Below, piece by piece: positions 39,544 through 48,080 of a stretch of DNA of 64,000 nucleotides. This stretch comes from an uncultured Gammaproteobacteria bacterium (GTDB lineage Bacteria > Patescibacteriota > Patescibacteriia > VMEV01 > CAYQCH01): NCBI GenBank assembly GCA_964503955.1, contig CAZDCG010000003.1, positions 65,522 to 129,521 of the forward strand, given 5' to 3'. Each line of letters begins with the position of its first letter. Positions within the stretch are counted from its first letter, which is position 1. Position numbers and translations under genes: made by a program. The notes beneath the pieces are model-generated. The model made no database searches. It saw nothing but the letters and a program-made list of their open reading frames with translations, and was not told the DNA's origin.

Positions 39544-40242
39544 ATGAATACCGAGAAAGACTTTCATGAGCTTGCCAAACAGCTCAATCTCAAGTTTTCA
39601 AATATTGATCTTTTAAAGCAGGCGCTCGTGCATCGCTCCTATCTGAACGAGCATCGTGATTTTCCGCTCGACCACAATGAACGGCTGGAATTTCTGGGAG
39701 ACGCGGTGCTGGAGCTTGTCGTCACCGAATACCTGTACCTGAACTATCCAAATCCGGAAGGGGAGCTGACAAACTGGCGCGCGAGTCTGGTTAACTCAAA
39801 TATGCTTTCAGAGCTGGCGCGCGAAGCAAGGCTTGAAGACTATCTCTTTTTAAGCAAAGGAGAATCCAAAGACAAAGGAAAGGCGCGTCAGTATATTCTT
39901 GCCAATGCGTTTGAAGCCGTGATTGGAGCCATTTACCTGGATCAGGGTTGGGAAGCCTCAAAGGTTTTTATCACCGATAATCTGCTTTCCCGCCTTGAAT
40001 ACATTCTTGAACACAAATTGTATTTGGATCCAAAGTCGAAATTTCAGGAAATGGCGCAGGAGCGGCTTGGCATTACGCCATCCTATCAGGTAATCAATGA
40101 AACCGGTCCTGACCATGAAAAGGAATTTGAAGTAGCCGCCTTGCTTAAAGACCAGGTGATCGCGACCGGAAAAGGGACAAGCAAGCAGGAAGCCCAGGTT
40201 CACGCGGCAGCCGCTGCGTTAAAAGCAAAAGGCTGGGATTAA
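39544..40242 (+). CDS. rnc: ribonuclease III
   Basis: ERLEFLGDAVL catalytic signature plus dsRBD. Confidence 0.9.
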   Translation: MNTEKDFHELAKQLNLKFSNIDLLKQALVHRSYLNEHRDFPLDHNERLEFLGDAVLELVVTEYLYLNYPNPEGELTNWRASLVNSNMLSELAREARLEDYLFLSKGESKDKGKARQYILANAFEAVIGAIYLDQGWEASKVFITDNLLSRLEYILEHKLYLDPKSKFQEMAQERLGITPSYQVINETGPDHEKEFEVAALLKDQVIATGKGTSKQEAQVHAAAAALKAKGWD

Positions 40243-40261
40243 TCCCGCAGGGAAAACAAAC

Positions 40262-41311
40262 ATGAAAAAATCCATCGATGAACTGCTCCTAGCAGCAGCA
40301 AAGCTCGAAGCGTCCGATTTGCACCTTACGGTAGGGCATCCGCCGATTGTTCGTATCGACGGAGAATTGCGCGTGCTCAAGGGCACTGATGAGATCACGG
40401 AGCGCCAAACGCAGGAATACGTGACAGAGCTGCTCATCAAGCCGCAACAGGAACGATTTTATCTTGACAAAGAGCTCGACACTTCCTATCAAACGGAAGA
40501 CGGCACGCGCTATCGTGTCAACTTTCATTGGACGCTAGGAACCATTGCGCTTGCGATCCGCGTCTTGAAACGCGATATTCCCTCCATGGAAGAAATCACC
40601 ATGCCCCCGGTTTCCTATGACCTTTTGCAATCAAGAGCCGGGTTCATTCTGATTACAGGGCCAACCGGTTCAGGGAAAACGACCACCATGGCTTCCATGA
40701 TCGAGCGCATCAATCAGGATCGCGGGCATCATATCGTCACGCTGGAGGATCCGATTGAGTATATTTTCACCTCCAAGAAGAGCGTGGTAAAACAGCGTGA
40801 ATTCGGTGCAGACTTTCTGTCATTTCCTCAAGGGTTAAAACGCGTCTTGCGCCAGGATCCAAATGTCATCATGGTAGGAGAAATGCGCGACCTTGAAACA
40901 ATTGGATTGGCAATCACTCTGGCGGAAACCGGCCATCTCGTTTTTGGAACATTACATACGTACAGCGGCCCGCAAACCATTGACCGTATTGTTGACAGCT
41001 TTCCTCCGTATCAGCAAAACCAGATTCGTTTGCAGCTTTCCATTACGCTTAAAGCCGTCATTTCCCAGCAATTGATCCCTCGTATTGACGGCGGCCGAGT
41101 CGCTGCCAGGGAGGTATTGATCAATACAAATGCAGTCAGCAACCTGATCAGGGAAAATAAAATCGCCCAATTGTATACGGTGATTGAAACCGGTGCCAAA
41201 TACGGAATGATTCCGATGTCACGCGCGGTCAAGCAGTTGGCGGATAATGGTATCATCTCTGAAGAACGCGCGGCAATGGCAGACGATAAGCCGCGTGTTT
41301 ACAGTAAATAG
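40262..41311 (+). CDS. pilT: twitching-motility ATPase PilT (type IV pilus retraction)
   Basis: GPTGSGKTTT Walker A, PilT-size 349 aa. Confidence 0.85.
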   Translation: MKKSIDELLLAAAKLEASDLHLTVGHPPIVRIDGELRVLKGTDEITERQTQEYVTELLIKPQQERFYLDKELDTSYQTEDGTRYRVNFHWTLGTIALAIRVLKRDIPSMEEITMPPVSYDLLQSRAGFILITGPTGSGKTTTMASMIERINQDRGHHIVTLEDPIEYIFTSKKSVVKQREFGADFLSFPQGLKRVLRQDPNVIMVGEMRDLETIGLAITLAETGHLVFGTLHTYSGPQTIDRIVDSFPPYQQNQIRLQLSITLKAVISQQLIPRIDGGRVAAREVLINTNAVSNLIRENKIAQLYTVIETGAKYGMIPMSRAVKQLADNGIISEERAAMADDKPRVYSK

Positions 41312-41629
41312 TCTGGGCATCCCGCCTGGTTGATTTTCGTTGATGTTTTTGCTATAGTTTCCACGAACAAGGGAACGCTTGCCTTGTTTTTTGTTCCTTT
41401 TCTTCGCTCACAATAAATGAAAGCAGAGATTTAAACCTGCAACGAAGAAAGACCACTGTTTATCAGATTGGATATTCAGCATAGTGCAAGACTGCCTGCC
41501 GCAGGCAGGGAAGCATGAGTAGCGCAAGGTAGGAAGTAACAAATGAAAGCAGAGATTTAGCACAGTGCGAGGAAATGCGAGTAGCGCAGCGAAGTGTACA
41601 TAGATGTACATGCAGCGAGCAACGGAGCG

Positions 41630-41658
41630 CTGACAAAGCAATGTGCTGAAGATATGCT
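41630..41658 (+). promoter_or_regulatory. promoter for tRNA operon (-35 CTGACA, 17 bp, -10 TATGCT)
   Basis: -10 ends 9 nt before tRNA-Lys. Confidence 0.45.
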
Positions 41659-41666
41659 TTCATCGA

Positions 41667-41742
41667 GGGTCCGTAGCTCAGCTGGTAGAGCAGTTGCCTC
41701 TTAAGCAAACGGTCCTGGGTTCGAATCCCAGCGGGCCCACCA
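41667..41742 (+). tRNA. tRNA-Lys(CTT)
   Basis: anticodon loop CTCTTAA; CCA encoded. Confidence 0.85.
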
Positions 41743-41749
41743 TTTCTAC

Positions 41750-41826
41750 GCACTCGTAGCTCAACTGGATAGAGCACCTGGCTTCGGACCAGGGGGTTGG
41801 GGGTTCGAATCCCTCCGAGTGCACCA
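41750..41826 (+). tRNA. tRNA-Arg(TCG)
   Basis: anticodon loop CTTCGGA (G37 unusual); CCA encoded. Confidence 0.75.
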
Positions 41827-41906
41827 TATAAATCTGCTTCGCAGATCGCATTATGCGGCCTAACGATGACGGCGGGCATCTGCGTGAGGCGATGGGTATT
41901 ATGCGC

Positions 41907-41983
41907 GGGCGCGTAGCTCAGCTGGTTAGAGTGCTACATTGACATTGTAGAGGTCAGAGGTTCGAGTCCTCTCGCGCCCACCA
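41907..41983 (+). tRNA. tRNA-Val(GAC)
   Basis: anticodon loop TTGACAT; CCA encoded. Confidence 0.9.
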
Positions 41984-42024
41984 TGATTTAATCAGGGTGA
42001 ACAAACCGATCCTGCACAACCATG

Positions 42025-42045
42025 ACCCCGCAAGGGGTTTTTCTA
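42025..42045 (+). terminator. short terminator ACCCC-gcaa-GGGGT TTTTT after tRNA operon
   Basis: read directly. Confidence 0.4.
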
Positions 42046-42089
42046 TTACGCTTGAATATTCGTTGCCTCTGAAATAACATGAGAACACT

Positions 42090-42590
42090 ATGAAACAACT
42101 CATTTCATTCGTGCTCGCAACAAGTCTGCTCCTTACCGGATGTATTTCAAAACTGGAAGAACCTGTTGCTTTCACGCAGGAAAATTCCGTGCAAGCCAAT
42201 CCCGAGGGGAGAAATTTTCACGTGAGAATTCCTTCCGGCACCAAGTTGGTTTTGACGGAAGAGAATGAGGCAGCCAAGCTTTATCGCGTGTCAGACGCGT
42301 CGTCGGGGATGACCTATGCGTTTGTCGAGGAGACACCGATGTCGGTGGAGCAGGCAATCTCCTTGCTTGGAAATCTTGATGAGGTGACATTGCTGGACAA
42401 GCAGGCCGTTGAACTCAACGGCTATGACGGACAAAAAGTGTATGCCGAGCTGGACCACAAAAGAGGCCAACGCGTGCCGTATTACTTTCTTCATGCGGGA
42501 AATCGAACCTATGTCTTCAGCCTGGCTGGAGGGCAGCCCTGGGAATATTTCGATGCATTCGCGCAAAGCCTTGTTTTATCGAACGAGTGA
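42090..42590 (+). CDS. lipoprotein (lipobox LLTGC), unknown function
   Basis: signal peptide plus Cys. Confidence 0.65.
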   Translation: MKQLISFVLATSLLLTGCISKLEEPVAFTQENSVQANPEGRNFHVRIPSGTKLVLTEENEAAKLYRVSDASSGMTYAFVEETPMSVEQAISLLGNLDEVTLLDKQAVELNGYDGQKVYAELDHKRGQRVPYYFLHAGNRTYVFSLAGGQPWEYFDAFAQSLVLSNE

Positions 42591-43433
42591 ACCGAGGACA
42601 GGGATATAGTGCTTGAGCTTTAGGGAAAGACTCAATTTTGGCTGCGAGAAAAGATTGTATTCTCTTTGCCGGATCGATTGTACGAGGTGGTGCTGCGTTT
42701 CAATAAGCGATGCAAAGGCGTGATGAAGCGAAGACGGCAAGTGCTTAATTTGTTTTGCGGCGGCCTGGGCTTCTTCTTCAATAAGCGCGAGATAGCGTTC
42801 CACAAGCTGCTGAAAACCTTCCGTGATGATCTGCACTTCAAAATCATGCTTGCTATAACCTATTTTTTTCATTTCTGAACGAGGCAATACGCATACAGTT
42901 CGTCGATAATCCTGCCCTGCATAGGTTAAAAGCAAAAGCAGCTCTCCATTTTTCATAAGGGTTTTGATCGCTCTGCGGCCATGCGCGTGTTTTACGTTCA
43001 GCAGGGGAGCAAGCAAATCCGTATAGGCCTGCGCAACGGCATGAACATGGCGCCGCAACTGAAGCGCATTGTCAAAATGAGGCTTTTTCTGCTGCGCGAT
43101 CCGCAATTGTGCGATTTTTGTGACGCGTTTGGGTGGTAAATGGAAAATTTTGCAGGTATGAACCACCGCGTGCATATAGGCATTTGAACAATGATCGGTT
43201 TTCATTGCTTCTTCAAATATTGTTTTCCAGGAGCGCATGGCCGCAGCCTGCTCCTTTTTTGTCACGCCGTGTTTTGGGTTATGCAGCATCTCAAGAAGAA
43301 TCCGGTCATAGGCAAAAATTCCATGCAGATGCGGTTGGATCTCCTTGGGCAGCAGATGAAGGGTATGATGCAATTTGGTGCCGTAGTGCCGGTTCAGCTG
43401 GCGGCATTCTTCAAAGCTTTGTGTTAAAGACAT
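42576..43433 (-). CDS. squalene/phytoene-synthase-fold protein lacking the Asp-rich catalytic motifs (possible pseudoenzyme)
   Basis: CRQLNRHYGTKLHHTLHLLPKEIQPHLHGIFAYDR resembles the CrtB/HpnD N-terminal signature. Start set at ATG 43433 (MSLTQ) because the longer ORF would run through xerC. Confidence 0.4.
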   Translation of the reverse strand: MSLTQSFEECRQLNRHYGTKLHHTLHLLPKEIQPHLHGIFAYDRILLEMLHNPKHGVTKKEQAAAMRSWKTIFEEAMKTDHCSNAYMHAVVHTCKIFHLPPKRVTKIAQLRIAQQKKPHFDNALQLRRHVHAVAQAYTDLLAPLLNVKHAHGRRAIKTLMKNGELLLLLTYAGQDYRRTVCVLPRSEMKKIGYSKHDFEVQIITEGFQQLVERYLALIEEEAQAAAKQIKHLPSSLHHAFASLIETQHHLVQSIRQREYNLFSQPKLSLSLKLKHYIPVLGSLVR

Positions 43434-43434
43434 G

Positions 43435-44406
43435 TCAGTTGTTTTTCGTTTTTTTTCTGGAACGATCGTGAAAGGCCTTATGCACGTCACGCAATTGCTG
43501 GTTGGTGATATGCGTATAGATCTGCGTGGTGGTAATGCTTGAATGGCCAAGCATAGATTGTACGGATCGGATATCCGCTCCATTGAGCAGCAAGTCAGTG
43601 GCAAACGAGTGGCGGATCGTATGCGGGGTGACATGCTTGGTGATGCCTGCTTCGCGGGCATATTTCTCAACCATGCGCTGGACGCTGCGCGGGGTGAGCG
43701 GCATATATTCGGCCGACCGCTTGCTCGCGCGGTCATGGCGTACAAAGAGAAACAGGGCATCATCATTCCTTGCGTCAAAATATTCTTTCAGTGCGTAACG
43801 CGCCGCGTGCGAGAGAAAGGCTACGCGCAGCTTCCGTCCTTTTCCACGAACGGTGAACTCATCTTTTTTGAGATTCACTGAATCGCGCTTCAGGCTGACA
43901 AGCTCCGAGACGCGCAAGCCGGCGCTGAACAAAAGTTCCAAAATAGCTTTGTCCCGGAGTTTGAGGATTTTGGCCTGCTTCGATTTCAGCGGAGCTTCAA
44001 GAAACGCCTGCAAGTCGCTGCCGTCAAGAAAGTCCACCTGCCGTTCAGGGATTTTGCCAAGCTCAATTTTTTCGGGAGCCATGGTTTTTACGTCGCGCTT
44101 GGCAAGATATTTCAACCAGGAACGGAGCGCGACCAAATGGTAATTCTTCGTATTCGATTTTAATCCATCGCCTTGTTGATTTGTTTGTTCGTTCAGCCAG
44201 AGGCGATACCGTTTCACCAGATTTTGATCGATGTCCTTTGGATGTTTGGCACCCTTCGCTTTTGCAAAACCGACAAATCTGCGCAAATAGAAATCGTAGT
44301 TCTGAATGGTTTGCGGGCTCCGCTCTTTCTCAAGTTCCATGTATTCCAAGAAGTCGGTAACGGCGCGATCGAGCGGGGAAGAAGTTGTTTTTGTTTGCGT
44401 CGACAT
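43435..44406 (-). CDS. xerC: tyrosine recombinase XerC/XerD family
   Basis: R..HxxR..Y catalytic signature HTIRHSFAT...LGHSSITTTQIYTH. Confidence 0.9.
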   Translation of the reverse strand: MSTQTKTTSSPLDRAVTDFLEYMELEKERSPQTIQNYDFYLRRFVGFAKAKGAKHPKDIDQNLVKRYRLWLNEQTNQQGDGLKSNTKNYHLVALRSWLKYLAKRDVKTMAPEKIELGKIPERQVDFLDGSDLQAFLEAPLKSKQAKILKLRDKAILELLFSAGLRVSELVSLKRDSVNLKKDEFTVRGKGRKLRVAFLSHAARYALKEYFDARNDDALFLFVRHDRASKRSAEYMPLTPRSVQRMVEKYAREAGITKHVTPHTIRHSFATDLLLNGADIRSVQSMLGHSSITTTQIYTHITNQQLRDVHKAFHDRSRKKTKNN

Positions 44407-44509
44407 ATGGAAACATTATACGACGCATCAGCGCGCGGAAGCAATCGGGATAACAGTTGATTTGAACAGTTCACCATGCTAACGTGGCCTCCAGCCTGGA
44501 GGCAAGACC

Positions 44510-44692
44510 ATGCAGGATCCGACGAATCCGGTTTCTTTCGGTCGTTATCTGTCCAAGGGCGATGCCACTTCGACGGTCGTGGGCATCGTCATCCTGGTCA
44601 TCGCGTTGGTGGCCGTTGCGATCTATAAGGGGAGTCAGCCTGTTTCGAATCCGAACCAGGAGCCCCCCGCGGCGACGACCAGTCCTCGGTAG
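44510..44692 (+). CDS. small GC-rich single-TM protein (60 aa), speculative
   Basis: ATG after hairpin; TM VVGIVILVIALVAVAIY. Confidence 0.3.
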   Translation: MQDPTNPVSFGRYLSKGDATSTVVGIVILVIALVAVAIYKGSQPVSNPNQEPPAATTSPR

Positions 44693-44752
44693 AGACCGCG
44701 ATGCCGCCGCTGTACAGGCGGCCGGCTCGTCAAACTGAAAAGGGGAAAGAAA

Positions 44753-45355
44753 ATGGATACGGATATCAGGGATGCCTATCTACTCTGGCAGCATACCGGC
44801 ACGCCTGGTGATGAGGCCGAATGGCTGCTTGAGTGTCTGCGTGCCGGACGCATTTGCAAACTTCGCTTGCAGGCGGCGGCCGAGCTTGGGCATCAGGCTT
44901 CGCGCATAGTGCTCAACCTCACGGATGACGGCAGCGAGAACGCTGAATGGCCGCGCGCGCTTGCCATGGTGGGGAGGGAAGCCTGTGTGATGGCTGGCGC
45001 GGTCGTCACGCGGGAGATCGCGCAATCGGTCTTTGGGGAGGACATACCTGAGCTCGTCGGCGAAATCGTCCGCCTCTCGTCTGAGTGGCTTGAAGCGGAC
45101 AATGGACGAGACGAGCTTGAGCAGCAGGCCAGGCGATTGGCCCGGCACTGTTTTGACACCAGGCTTGAAGGGGATGAATACCTGGTCTTTGAGGCGGCAA
45201 GCATCCTGGGCTTGTTCATGTATGCTCCGCTCGAGCAGCCGGTAGACAGCCTTCTCAGCCTGATCCGTGAGCAGCGCATTCCTGTTTTTTCGACGATCCG
45301 CACCGCGGTGTCCCGGGAGCTTGTCTCATGGCTTGTGCATCGCCATGCTGAATAA
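44753..45355 (+). CDS. GC-rich orphan protein (200 aa), unknown function
   Basis: about 62% GC. Confidence 0.5.
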   Translation: MDTDIRDAYLLWQHTGTPGDEAEWLLECLRAGRICKLRLQAAAELGHQASRIVLNLTDDGSENAEWPRALAMVGREACVMAGAVVTREIAQSVFGEDIPELVGEIVRLSSEWLEADNGRDELEQQARRLARHCFDTRLEGDEYLVFEAASILGLFMYAPLEQPVDSLLSLIREQRIPVFSTIRTAVSRELVSWLVHRHAE

Positions 45356-45449
45356 GGCCGGTCCTTTCCCTTCGCGGGGAGGGGGCCGGTTCTTCTTTTT
45401 ACGATGAGAAGGAAGGGGAAACGTACCACCCCAAAGAGTCCCTTTGCTG

Positions 45450-45560
45450 CTTATCTAGTCTCTGATATCTAGTTTCTAGAGATCTAGAAACCAGATGCTA
45501 GATCAGATAGGAGGAGATAAACAGATTAGGCTTCGTGCTAGATATGCTGATCCAGATCTG
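45450..45560. repeat. cluster of six or more CTAGAT/ATCTAG units plus near-palindrome GTTTCTAGAGATCTAGAAAC and GATCCAGATCTG: iteron/operator-like array
   Basis: read directly. Confidence 0.5.
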
Positions 45561-45960
45561 TCTGAGAATCTGGTATGTTTGGCAACGCCCGCCTGCCTGC
45601 GACTCTCGCCCGCTAACGCCTGATGCGTAGCTATGGCGAGCTGGGAGGGCAAGCGATGGCGGGCAGGTCTGATACGTCTGGCACCAACCACCCTTGCTCT
45701 CATCCTCGTTCCTCAAATATCAAGACCCCCGCTGGCGATGCGCCTGCCTTGCTTTGCAAGAAGAAACCTTCTGCGCGGGGGTGACGAAGGGGAGGCTGTT
45801 CGGGATGATGTGTTGCACTTACGTGTTGAACCCGTTGGCGGGGACTTTACAAACTTTGTGCTTTATAGTACATTACCGCCACTAAACAATAACTTTCCCT
45901 GTGGTTTGCGCCGCGTAGAATTCATAGAAATTCGGGCGTTTACTGCGGAGAACAGCCACT

Positions 45961-46290
45961 ATGCTTGACCCAAAAGTCAAACAGAAGCTCATTAAAAAGT
46001 TCCGCACCCATGAATCAGATACGGGTTCAACCCAGATTCAGGTTGCGATTCTGACAGAAGAAATCAAACTTCTGACCGAGCATCTTAAAGACCACAAAAA
46101 GGATTTTTCTTCCCGACGCGGTCTGATCAAAAAAGTAAACGAGCGACGCAAGCTGTTGAATTATTTACGACGTACGGCTTACGATGAATACGTGGACCTT
46201 TCAAAGAAATTGAAGCTCAAGTACGCTGCTCCAAAAATCGACGCAGCGGCTGAAGAAGCCGACGCGGCAGCTGCTGCAGCACAGGCATAA
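45961..46290 (+). CDS. rpsO: 30S ribosomal protein S15 with about 19-aa Ala-rich C-terminal extension
   Basis: DTGSTQIQVAILT, RRGL, KLLNYL. Confidence 0.9.
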   Translation: MLDPKVKQKLIKKFRTHESDTGSTQIQVAILTEEIKLLTEHLKDHKKDFSSRRGLIKKVNERRKLLNYLRRTAYDEYVDLSKKLKLKYAAPKIDAAAEEADAAAAAAQA

Positions 46291-46297
46291 ATCTTGC

Positions 46298-46326
46298 CCC
46301 CCTCCTCTCCGGAGGGGGATTTTGTT
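46298..46326 (+). terminator. terminator CCCCCTCC-tctcc-GGAGGGGG ATTTTGTT
   Basis: read directly. Confidence 0.8.
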
Positions 46327-46473
46327 ACTATAGAGTTGTGGGTCACAAATGATGAGCGAGTGTTATGCGGAAGGTCGTTGTATTACGTCCTAACCCGCAA
46401 CGCAAAACTCATGATCCAACTTTTTAAAAACTAATTTTTTTCTCCTCTCATTTTGTTTGAAGAGGATAGCAAT

Positions 46474-47067
46474 ATGTTTAAGCATGTAGAACAGCGCGTA
46501 GGTGTTTTTATCGATACGGCCAATATGTATCACTCGGCCAAAAACCTCTACAACGCGAACGTGAACTTTGGGGAAGTACTCAACGAGGTCGTAGCCGGAC
46601 GCAAATTAATCCGAGCGATTGCCTACGTGATCAAATCATCATCAGATGAAGAGTCCACTTTTTTTGACGCGCTTGATAAGCAAGGCTTTGAAGTGAAGCA
46701 AAAAGAGTTGCAGGTCTTTGCCAGCGGCATGAAAAAAGCCGACTGGGATGTCGGGCTTGCGGTCGACACGATCAAAATGGCTGACCGGCTTGATTCCGTA
46801 ATCATTGTTTCCGGCGACGGAGACTACACTCCATTAGTAATCTATCTTCAGGAGAATAAGGGGTGTCTCGTTGAAGTTGCGGCTTTTGGAGAAACCACTT
46901 CAAGCAAATTGCGCGAAGTCGCGGATGATTTCCTGAACCTGAGCGACAAGCTTGATCAATTTCTTATCCGCAAAGGGAAGCGCCCGATGCAGCGGAATAT
47001 GGGAAGCACGGCACCGGCACCGCGCGCGGGTATGCTTGGCAAGCGTAAACGAAAAATTACGTTTTAA
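46474..47067 (+). CDS. NYN-domain (LabA/DUF88-like PIN-fold) protein
   Basis: VFIDTANMY...VSGDGDY. Confidence 0.7.
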   Translation: MFKHVEQRVGVFIDTANMYHSAKNLYNANVNFGEVLNEVVAGRKLIRAIAYVIKSSSDEESTFFDALDKQGFEVKQKELQVFASGMKKADWDVGLAVDTIKMADRLDSVIIVSGDGDYTPLVIYLQENKGCLVEVAAFGETTSSKLREVADDFLNLSDKLDQFLIRKGKRPMQRNMGSTAPAPRAGMLGKRKRKITF

Positions 47068-47069
47068 GC

Positions 47070-47894
47070 ATGCAGAGGCAACAGCTCAATCAGGGAATCG
47101 CCGCATTGGCCCTGGCCGCAATGTTGCTGGCCGGAGGGTTTTACGCGGACAAGGTATATGAACCTCCTGAGGAACCGCCCACCGTTGTGCTTACCCAGAA
47201 CGGGCCGGTCATTTTAGAAAAGGAAGCGCAGCCGGGGGATTTGCTTACGGCTCCGGATCTGAAAACGATCTATTATCTTAACGAGCAACGTGAGCGAATT
47301 GTTTTTCCCGATCCGCAAACATTTGAATCCTGGTATCCCGATTACAGCGGAGTAAAGCATATTGCCCGCGACTATTTGGAATCTTTTCCGCTTTCCGGCC
47401 GGAACGCGACCATTCGACCTGGTACCTGGCTTGTGACTATTCCTTCTTCAAGCCAGGTCTGGATGATCGGCCAGCCAAATCACTTGCATTGGCTCAGCGG
47501 AGGAGAACAGCAGGCGGTCGCATTGTTTGGAGAGCACTGGCTTGAACGTTTAGTTGATTTGCCTGAATACTATTTTGCCAATTACGTCGACGCCCAGCCT
47601 ATAGATTCAACGGATACCTATCCCGTCGGCTTGCTGATTCACGTAAAGAGCAATAATCAGTACTATCTCGTGACCTCAAACGGGCAGCGCCTCGTCACGG
47701 AAGAAGGGATGCAAGCAAATCATTTGCAGAAACGTTTCGCCATTGAACGCGAAGAACCGGTCAGTTTCGCGCAATTCGGTCCGCCTCTTGATGCCTACGA
47801 GCCTCGCTGGGGATCGCCGGATGTGTTTGAGCAGCAGGCTGATCAGGGTCCGGATGATATTGACGTGGGGGATGCGGAGGTGGGACTGCAGTAG
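47070..47894 (+). CDS. membrane-anchored or secreted hypothetical protein
   Basis: N-terminal hydrophobic segment. Confidence 0.55.
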   Translation: MQRQQLNQGIAALALAAMLLAGGFYADKVYEPPEEPPTVVLTQNGPVILEKEAQPGDLLTAPDLKTIYYLNEQRERIVFPDPQTFESWYPDYSGVKHIARDYLESFPLSGRNATIRPGTWLVTIPSSSQVWMIGQPNHLHWLSGGEQQAVALFGEHWLERLVDLPEYYFANYVDAQPIDSTDTYPVGLLIHVKSNNQYYLVTSNGQRLVTEEGMQANHLQKRFAIEREEPVSFAQFGPPLDAYEPRWGSPDVFEQQADQGPDDIDVGDAEVGLQ

Positions 47895-48080
47895 ACTTAC
47901 AGACGCACAGACGTTTAAGACGCACAGACAAAGGCTGTCTAGGTGTCTTTTCATTCTCCTTGAAAAATCATGGAAAACATGGTATCTTCGCCTCAGGAAT
48001 AATCAGTAAATTAATCATGGCATTTGACCGGGAAACAGGTAGACTGTGATCATTTCTCATAGTCTAAAGTCTCTCGGGCA

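Noticed and set aside
41408-41879. ORFs 41408..41641 and 41463..41879 (minus)
   Set aside because: They overlap the tRNA-Lys/Arg/Val operon and its repeat-rich leader.
42576-43778. 400-aa version of the minus-strand ORF
   Set aside because: It would read through the 3' end of xerC in another frame. The internal ATG at 43433 gives a gene that abuts the xerC stop.
45420-45560. Possible CRISPR array suggested by short repeated units
   Set aside because: The units are 6-bp CTAGAT palindromes at irregular spacing with no 25-40 bp repeat/spacer periodicity and no cas genes.
45560-45960. tmRNA, RNase P RNA or SRP RNA in the 600-bp gap before rpsO
   Set aside because: No conserved signature sequences such as GGAAAGTCCGG, the tag-reading frame or AGGAAGCAGC were found. 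The region is more likely the autoregulated rpsO leader plus the repeat cluster.
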